Origin: Nemertoderma westbladi
Taxonomy: Eukaryota; Animalia; Xenacoelomorpha
Direction of reading: 5' to 3'
DNA: 38,531 nucleotides
Assembly (NCBI GenBank): GCA_032718475.1
Contig: JAUCBJ010002560.1
Span: forward strand, 1 to 38,531
The notes beneath the pieces are model-generated. The model did not search any database, was not told where the DNA came from, and saw only the letters and a list, made by a program, of their open reading frames with translations. Both the position numbers and the translations under genes were made by a program. Shown piece by piece: positions 32,609-38,531 of the stretch (the first letter of the stretch is position 1; each line of letters begins with the position of its first letter).

Positions 32609-35600
32609 ATGGTCAAATATAAACAGAGTAACAAAAACGAAACAACAACTGGAGTCCTAAATTCGGGGATTAACCTTCCCAAGACTATGCCCTGCTGTAG
32701 GTGCAACCGTGGAGGGACGTGTAAAAACTGCGTATGTGCAAGACGTACGGCAGGAGGATGTCATGGTTGTCTGCCCGCAAAACTGGGAAAGTGCTCCAAC
32801 CATAAAGTAGTGTCACTCTCCCCAGACACATCCGAAAATCATCAAACCCCCCCAGTGGAGGACCTCCAAAACGATGGGACCTGGCTGGATAGATCGACAT
32901 CGATTAGAAGTTGTGCTGAAAAGATGATGGGATCAGCTCCAACCATTATATCCACCAGTAAGTCCCAAAATCGTCCGATTGCTAGGAAATCGTTACCGGA
33001 CTCAGTTCCAACTCGAATAACTAAATCCTTCGATTTCCTGAAACGCCTGGAGACGAGAAAATCGTTACCAGGTTCAGTTCTACCTGGAGTACCGGTAACT
33101 CAATATTCCAAAAGGGGGTCAATGCGTAATCCATCCGCTATTAATTCGAGTCAGGTGGAATCCCCGGGAATCCATACAGATGAACACCTGACTCAGAGTA
33201 GCCATAGTCGCAACTCGCAGCTGTACAACCATTCGAAGTCCACGAAACCGTCGCCGGGTTCCGTTTCACCCAGAGCAACTCAAACTCCCGAAAGAGGGTT
33301 AACTCGTAATTCGTCCGCTACTAGTTTGAGTCTTATGGAATCCCTGGGAATCCATACAGGTGAACACCCGACTCAGAGTAGCCATAGCCGCAAATCGCAG
33401 CTGTACAACCATTCGGAGTCTACGAAACCGTTGCCTGGTTCTGTTTCACCCAGAGCAACTCAAACTCTCAAAAAAGGGTCAACTCGCAATCCGTCCGCTA
33501 CTAGTTTGAGTCAGGTGAAATCCCCGGGAATTCATACAGGTGAACACCTGACTCAGAGTAGCCATAGTCGCAACTCGCAGCTGTACAACCATTCGGAGTC
33601 CACGAAACCGTCGCCGGGTTCCGTTTCACCCAGAGCAACTCAAACTCCCAAAATATGGTCAACTCCTAATCCGTCCGCTACTAGTTTGAGTCAGGTGGAA
33701 TCCCTGGGAATCCATACAGGTGAACACCCGACTCAGAGTAGCCATAGTCGCAACTCACAGCTGTACAACCTTTCGGAGTCTACAAAACTGCTGCCTGGTT
33801 CAGTTCCACCCAGAGCAACTCAAACTCCCAAAATAGGGTCATCTCCTAATCCGTCCGCTACTAGTTTGAGTCAGGTGGAATCCCCGGGAATCCATACAGG
33901 TGAACACCTGACTCAGAGTAGCCATAGCCGCAAATCGCAGCTGTACAACTATTCGGAGTCTACGAAACCGTTGCCTGGTTCCGTTTCACCCAGAGCAACT
34001 CAAACTCCCAAAATATGGTCAACTCCTAATCCGTCCGCTACTAGTTTGAGTCAGGTGGAATCCCCGGGAATCCATACAGGTGAACACCTGACTCAGAGTA
34101 GCCATAGCCGCAAATCGCAGCTGTACAACTATTTGGAGTCTACGAAACCGTTGCCTGGTTCCGTTTCACCCAGAGCAACTCAAACTCCCAAAATAGGGTC
34201 AACTCCTAATCCGTCCGCTACTAGTTTGAGTCAGGTGGAATCCCCGGGAATCCATACAGGTGAACACCTGACTCAGAGTAGCCATAGTCGCAACTCGCAG
34301 CTGTACAACCATTCGGAGTCTACGAAACCGTCGCATGGTTCCGTTTCACCCAGAGCAACTCAAACTCCTAAAATAGGGTCAACTCCTAATCCGTCCCCTA
34401 CTTGTTTGAGTCAGGTGGAATCCGCGGGAATCCATACAGGTGAACACCTGACTCAGAGTAGCCATAGTCGCAACTCGCAGCTGTACAACCATTCGGAGTC
34501 CACGAAACCGTTGCCTGGTTCCGTTTCACCCAGAGCAACTCAAACTCCCAAAATAGGGTCAACTCCTAATCCGTCCGCTACTAGTTTGAGTCAGGTGGAA
34601 TCCCCGGGAATCCATACAGGTGAACACCTGATTCAGAGTAGCCATAGTCGCAACTCGCAGCTGTACAATCATTCGGAGTCCACGAAACCGTCACCTGGTT
34701 CCGTTTCACCCAGAGCAACTCAAACTCCCGAAAGTGGGTTAACTCGTAATCCGCCCGCTACTAGTTTGAGTCAGGTGGAATCCCTGGGAATCCATACAGG
34801 TGAACACCTGTCTCAGAGTAGCCATAGTCGCAACTCGCAGCTGTGCAACCATTCGGAGTCTACGAAACCGTCGCCTGGTTCCGTTTCACCCGGAGCAACT
34901 CAAACTCCTGAAAGAGGGTTAACTCGTAATCCGTCCGCTACTAGTTTGAGTCAGGTGGAATCCCCGGGAATCCATACAGGTGAACACCTGACTCAGAGTA
35001 GCCATAGCCGCAAATCGCAGCTGTACAACTATTCGGAGTCTACGAAACCGTCGCATGGTTCCGTTTCACCCGGAGCAACTCAAACTCCTGAAAGAGGGTT
35101 AACTCGTAATCCGTCCGCTACTAGTTTGAGTCAGGTGGAATCCCTGGGAATCCATAGAGGTGAAGTAGATCAGACACTTAGTATGTCCATCAAAAATCTC
35201 GATACCACAAGGGTGACGGCAGATTCCCCCGATACTGCATGGATGACGGCAGGCAGCCCTATAGGTAGTCAAATAAATAATAATGAGGTAGATACAGGTA
35301 CTGTATCAAATATAAATTGTGAATCTGACGTGAGTATTTTGGAGGTTTTAATTAACTCACCTCAAAAAGAATCTTTTCATTGCAATGATTTAGATAAGCA
35401 AATTAAAAACCATCTGCAGAACTTATCGCATAGATACCCCATTCATATTAAACCAATAGAAAGTTCTTTTGACACACTCAACAATCAGAAGTGGATTAGT
35501 GATGATATTATTGATAGTTTCCTAAATACTCTGGAATCTCACTTACCCCATACTGCTACTATTCCTTGTCAACTTACTACGAAACTCAAACAACCTGAAT

Positions 35601-38531
35601 GGGATATCTTAAGTGCAATAAAATTTGTTGCACGAAGATATTTAGGATCATATAAAAAAGAACTACCAACTACTCTATTCTTTCCTGAGTGTAATTCTGG
35701 CCATTATGTATTACATGTAGCTGATACACAATCTAAAACTATACACTTACTGAATTCTATTGGCCCTTCTACACCAAATAATGTAACTTTTAAGATTATA
35801 GATATTCTTGATTTAATTGATAAATCAAGTGCATTAAATGTAGAGGTCAAACATTGGACTGCTACATGTGTCAAATCTTTTCCTAAACAGAATAACACCT
35901 CCGATTGCGGAGTTTTCATCTGTCTGTATGCACTAGCTGTAGGTCAAAACTCGAAAGAGATCTTGCCCATTTATAAAAATAGCATACAAGCTCGTAATTG
36001 GATACGTAAATGTATTCTAATGAATAAAATAGTGAATCATAACAACTGTAGTGATGGTGAAGATATCAGTCTTGAAAAAGATAATCTACCAAAGAGACCC
36101 TCTGAACTTCAACAACAGGCAAAGGACAACAAAAACGGCAAGATCCAAAGGCCAGACACTGAACAACAAAAAATTTTAAATGCACAAACTATCATGCCTA
36201 TGGCTAGAGTCTACAGACCACCAGATCAAAAGAATGTATCGAATATCATAACCTCCAAAGAGATAGATATCTCTGTAATTGATGCATACTTCACCATCCT
36301 CGAACGAAACATTGATGAGGTGGCTTGCATGCCAATAGATTTCTGCAATAATATTGAATCTGTAAATACTGACCCAAGCTTTGTCAAGTACTTCTCAAAT
36401 AATCCAAACACCCAGACAGCAACAGTAATATATTTTCCAGAATATTCTAAAGATCAATACCTGTTACATATTGCCAATAAAATGGACTTCACTGTTTATA
36501 CATACAGTTCAGTTAGCAATTCCACACAAAACTCAACTACTAAGGCACTATGTGCTTTTCTTAATATAATTGAAAACTTAAATGGTGCCTCAGAACCAAA
36601 ATGGCAGTTAACCAAAACCCGAAGACCATATCCTGGCAGTCTAAATAAATTGGACAGCGGTGCATACATCTGCATTTATGCAGTAGCTATTACTCAGGGG
36701 TACAAACATATTGAGCCCTATAAAGATGTGTCTCAGCTTAGGAATTGGCTATATCGAATTATTGACGACTGTAGAATAGACCCTGAAGAGATCAGCAGCA
36801 AAATTATAGAGCATAATAACAATCCAATGCAACAGACTGATAATCTCAATAAAGTACGGGACACACGTAAAGAACCGCTATATGGAGCTGCCTTTGTTGA
36901 ACTTATTAGAAGCAAAACGTCAGCAGCAGAGTTTATAGCAGCACTAAAGACAGGTCGGATTCTTAGAAACCCCAAGGACGATTTAATCAAATTTCTGATA
37001 ACATTAGGCTTCAGATATCTAAGCACTATGCAAAAATTACTTTTCCAAGAAATATCAGATAAACTTATTGGGACCACAGTCGGACTGAAATGTGCAAGTA
37101 TAAACAGGAAGTCGCTGGAGGAGCTTGCAACTGATGTTGCAGAATTTACCATAGTCATAGTAGAAAAAACACTGACTCCAACTTTCAAGAAAAGAATTAA
37201 TGCAAGTTCCATTGATACCTTTGGACTATTTGAACTCATAAATCTAGTGACTTTGCTGCAGGTCGAAGTAAAGGGAATTGGGCAGAACTGTGCAGCATAT
37301 AAATCAAAAATAGAAGAACTAGAAGAAGATATAAAAAAACTCAAAGCATATAGCAACAACTCATGCATCTGTGCAACTCTTTCAAAACTAGAGCCTAAAA
37401 ATACACCTCTGGAAAAATCTAAAAAGAAACAAGGAAAAATACAAAAAGTAAAGGCCAATACCAAAGTTTCACCCTCAAACTCACCTCCAAAGGATAAACC
37501 TGTCATTTCAGCTATTACACCCAATAACTTAAAGAAAATACATAAACCAGCTCTGATGATCCCCGACTCGCCTGTTAAAACTTCAGTTCCACACCCACAT
37601 AACTTGGATGATGTCATGCATAGTGCATACACTTGGCAGAAACCTGCACAAACCTATAAACCTCAACATGGGCAGATACAGGGATCAGTGGGTATTAAAT
37701 TACAAAATAGATTCAAGCCTCTAGAAATAGATAATGAATGGGAATCACAGGTTGCTACACTGCTCAAAGAACAGAATATGCTCCTCCATAACATACTAGG
37801 ACACTCGTTGATATCTGCCTCACAGAGTACACCATCTCAAGGAGAAGGGACGAATGGAAATTCTAAAGGAGCTCCTCAGGATCACAATATAAGAATAGAT
37901 GCCCATAGCAGACTTAATGAACACACTTCCTCAAAGAGACTCACTTCAGACACAGGGAAACGCTCTGACCCTTCTGATAACTATGAAGCATACAATTATT
38001 GGTCAAACTCTGAAGATTCTACTAAAAATCTAGAGGCTTACAACTACTACTTTAATCTTGAAAACTTAAATACTAGTAGACCTAAAAGATCAAATGAACA
38101 TACCTGTAATAAAGCTAATCAGTATTATATGAATCATGAAGATCCAGTTCGAAATCTAGAAGCTTACAACCACTACTTAAATTCTGAAAGTTGTTTATTA
38201 CCAGGTAGAGGGGGAATCTTGACACAAGTGGGGGATACAAAATCTATCCAGACATCTACAACAAATCATCAGCAGGAATTGAAATTAGTCACAGTCTTAG
38301 TCAGAGGTCTTCCTACAAATACCTCATCCTTTGGACTATCACAATTTTGCTTTAAGCAAACCGGACATAGACCTTTAAATGTATGGATAATTGGTTCCAA
38401 GGGCACAATCAAAAATGCAAAAATAACCATTGAAAAGACCTATCTCCCAATGTTTTTGCGGCAAGATATGTGGCCTAATCTCTCTCTAAGTGTTATACCT
38501 GCGCACCTAAATCAAGGAAATAAATATATGA
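32609..38531 (+). CDS. Giant ORF (at least 1,974 aa, runs off the window), probably LINE ORF1: CXC-like Cys cluster, 60-aa repeats, two Ulp1/C48-like protease domains, coiled coil, RRM-like domain
   Basis: Translated by hand from ATG 32609 with no stop found up to 38530; the ORF track misses it because it has no stop codon. Motifs: CCRCNRGGTCKNCVC...CHGCLP...CSN; WISDDIID..FFPECNSGHYVL..LNS..PKQNNTSDCGVFIC; KSKIEELEEDIKKLK; IKLQNRFKPL; VLVRGLPTNTS..L..F...KITI....FL..DMWP. Confidence 0.85.
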   Translation, partial: MVKYKQSNKNETTTGVLNSGINLPKTMPCCRCNRGGTCKNCVCARRTAGGCHGCLPAKLGKCSNHKVVSLSPDTSENHQTPPVEDLQNDGTWLDRSTSIRSCAEKMMGSAPTIISTSKSQNRPIARKSLPDSVPTRITKSFDFLKRLETRKSLPGSVLPGVPVTQYSKRGSMRNPSAINSSQVESPGIHTDEHLTQSSHSRNSQLYNHSKSTKPSPGSVSPRATQTPERGLTRNSSATSLSLMESLGIHTGEHPTQSSHSRKSQLYNHSESTKPLPGSVSPRATQTLKKGSTRNPSATSLSQVKSPGIHTGEHLTQSSHSRNSQLYNHSESTKPSPGSVSPRATQTPKIWSTPNPSATSLSQVESLGIHTGEHPTQSSHSRNSQLYNLSESTKLLPGSVPPRATQTPKIGSSPNPSATSLSQVESPGIHTGEHLTQSSHSRKSQLYNYSESTKPLPGSVSPRATQTPKIWSTPNPSATSLSQVESPGIHTGEHLTQSSHSRKSQLYNYLESTKPLPGSVSPRATQTPKIGSTPNPSATSLSQVESPGIHTGEHLTQSSHSRNSQLYNHSESTKPSHGSVSPRATQTPKIGSTPNPSPTCLSQVESAGIHTGEHLTQSSHSRNSQLYNHSESTKPLPGSVSPRATQTPKIGSTPNPSATSLSQVESPGIHTGEHLIQSSHSRNSQLYNHSESTKPSPGSVSPRATQTPESGLTRNPPATSLSQVESLGIHTGEHLSQSSHSRNSQLCNHSESTKPSPGSVSPGATQTPERGLTRNPSATSLSQVESPGIHTGEHLTQSSHSRKSQLYNYSESTKPSHGSVSPGATQTPERGLTRNPSATSLSQVESLGIHRGEVDQTLSMSIKNLDTTRVTADSPDTAWMTAGSPIGSQINNNEVDTGTVSNINCESDVSILEVLINSPQKESFHCNDLDKQIKNHLQNLSHRYPIHIKPIESSFDTLNNQKWISDDIIDSFLNTLESHLPHTATIPCQLTTKLKQPEWDILSAIKFVARRYLGSYKKELPTTLFFPECNSGHYVLHVADTQSKTIHLLNSIGPSTPNNVTFKIIDILDLIDKSSALNVEVKHWTATCVKSFPKQNNTSDCGVFICLYALAVGQNSKEILPIYKNSIQARNWIRKCILMNKIVNHNNCSDGEDISLEKDNLPKRPSELQQQAKDNKNGKIQRPDTEQQKILNAQTIMPMARVYRPPDQKNVSNIITSKEIDISVIDAYFTILERNIDEVACMPIDFCNNIESVNTDPSFVKYFSNNPNTQTATVIYFPEYSKDQYLLHIANKMDFTVYTYSSVSNSTQNSTTKALCAFLNIIENLNGASEPKWQLTKTRRPYPGSLNKLDSGAYICIYAVAITQGYKHIEPYKDVSQLRNWLYRIIDDCRIDPEEISSKIIEHNNNPMQQTDNLNKVRDTRKEPLYGAAFVELIRSKTSAAEFIAALKTGRILRNPKDDLIKFLITLGFRYLSTMQKLLFQEISDKLIGTTVGLKCASINRKSLEELATDVAEFTIVIVEKTLTPTFKKRINASSIDTFGLFELINLVTLLQVEVKGIGQNCAAYKSKIEELEEDIKKLKAYSNNSCICATLSKLEPKNTPLEKSKKKQGKIQKVKANTKVSPSNSPPKDKPVISAITPNNLKKIHKPALMIPDSPVKTSVPHPHNLDDVMHSAYTWQKPAQTYKPQHGQIQGSVGIKLQNRFKPLEIDNEWESQVATLLKEQNMLLHNILGHSLISASQSTPSQGEGTNGNSKGAPQDHNIRIDAHSRLNEHTSSKRLTSDTGKRSDPSDNYEAYNYWSNSEDSTKNLEAYNYYFNLENLNTSRPKRSNEHTCNKANQYYMNHEDPVRNLEAYNHYLNSESCLLPGRGGILTQVGDTKSIQTSTTNHQQELKLVTVLVRGLPTNTSSFGLSQFCFKQTGHRPLNVWIIGSKGTIKNAKITIEKTYLPMFLRQDMWPNLSLSVIPAHLNQGNKYM
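33120..35164 (+). repeat. 180-bp in-frame tandem repeat, 11 full copies plus a diverged partial copy
   Basis: TGAACACC recurs exactly every 180 bp from 33181 to 34981. The unit encodes about EHLTQSSHSRNSQLYNHSESTKPSPGSVSPRATQTPKIGSTPNPSATSLSQVESPGIHTG. Confidence 0.97.

Noticed and set aside
33120-35164. Centromeric-type 180-bp satellite or CRISPR
   Set aside because: It lies within one continuous reading frame with no indels, so it is better explained as a coding repeat.
36733-37632. 299-aa minus-strand ORF
   Set aside because: Antisense shadow of the giant plus-strand ORF; no recognisable motifs.

Overview
Eukaryotic, AT-rich, animal-like genomic DNA made up mostly of nested transposable elements around one intact host gene. 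In order: (1) a decayed BEL/Pao LTR retrotransposon with a probable ~2.1-kb 3' LTR (1-6381). (2) A small minus-strand cassette (~6469-6570) in which a minimal type-I hammerhead ribozyme sits between Pol III A and B boxes of a tRNA-like unit ending in T6. (3) An RTE fragment and an L2/CR1-group LINE that is split at a TTAA by (4) a 10.8-kb Kolobok-like DNA transposon (9233-20009). Its ~646-aa transposase is still intact across a 7.2-kb intron filled with nested repeats. (5) More RTE fragments and tRNA-derived SINEs. (6) A single-ORF DXD glycosyltransferase gene (GT32-like, 23108-24220). (7) An RTE-X-like RT fragment, a 5'-truncated GC-rich CRE retrotransposon and a foldback MITE. (8) An uninterrupted ORF of at least 1,974 codons (32609 to the window end) that the ORF track misses. 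It reads as a giant LINE ORF1 with a CXC-like Cys cluster, 11+ copies of a 60-aa repeat, an apparently active Ulp1/SENP-type protease, a catalytically dead copy of it, a coiled coil and an RRM-like domain. All family calls come from reading motifs by eye; no searches were run.
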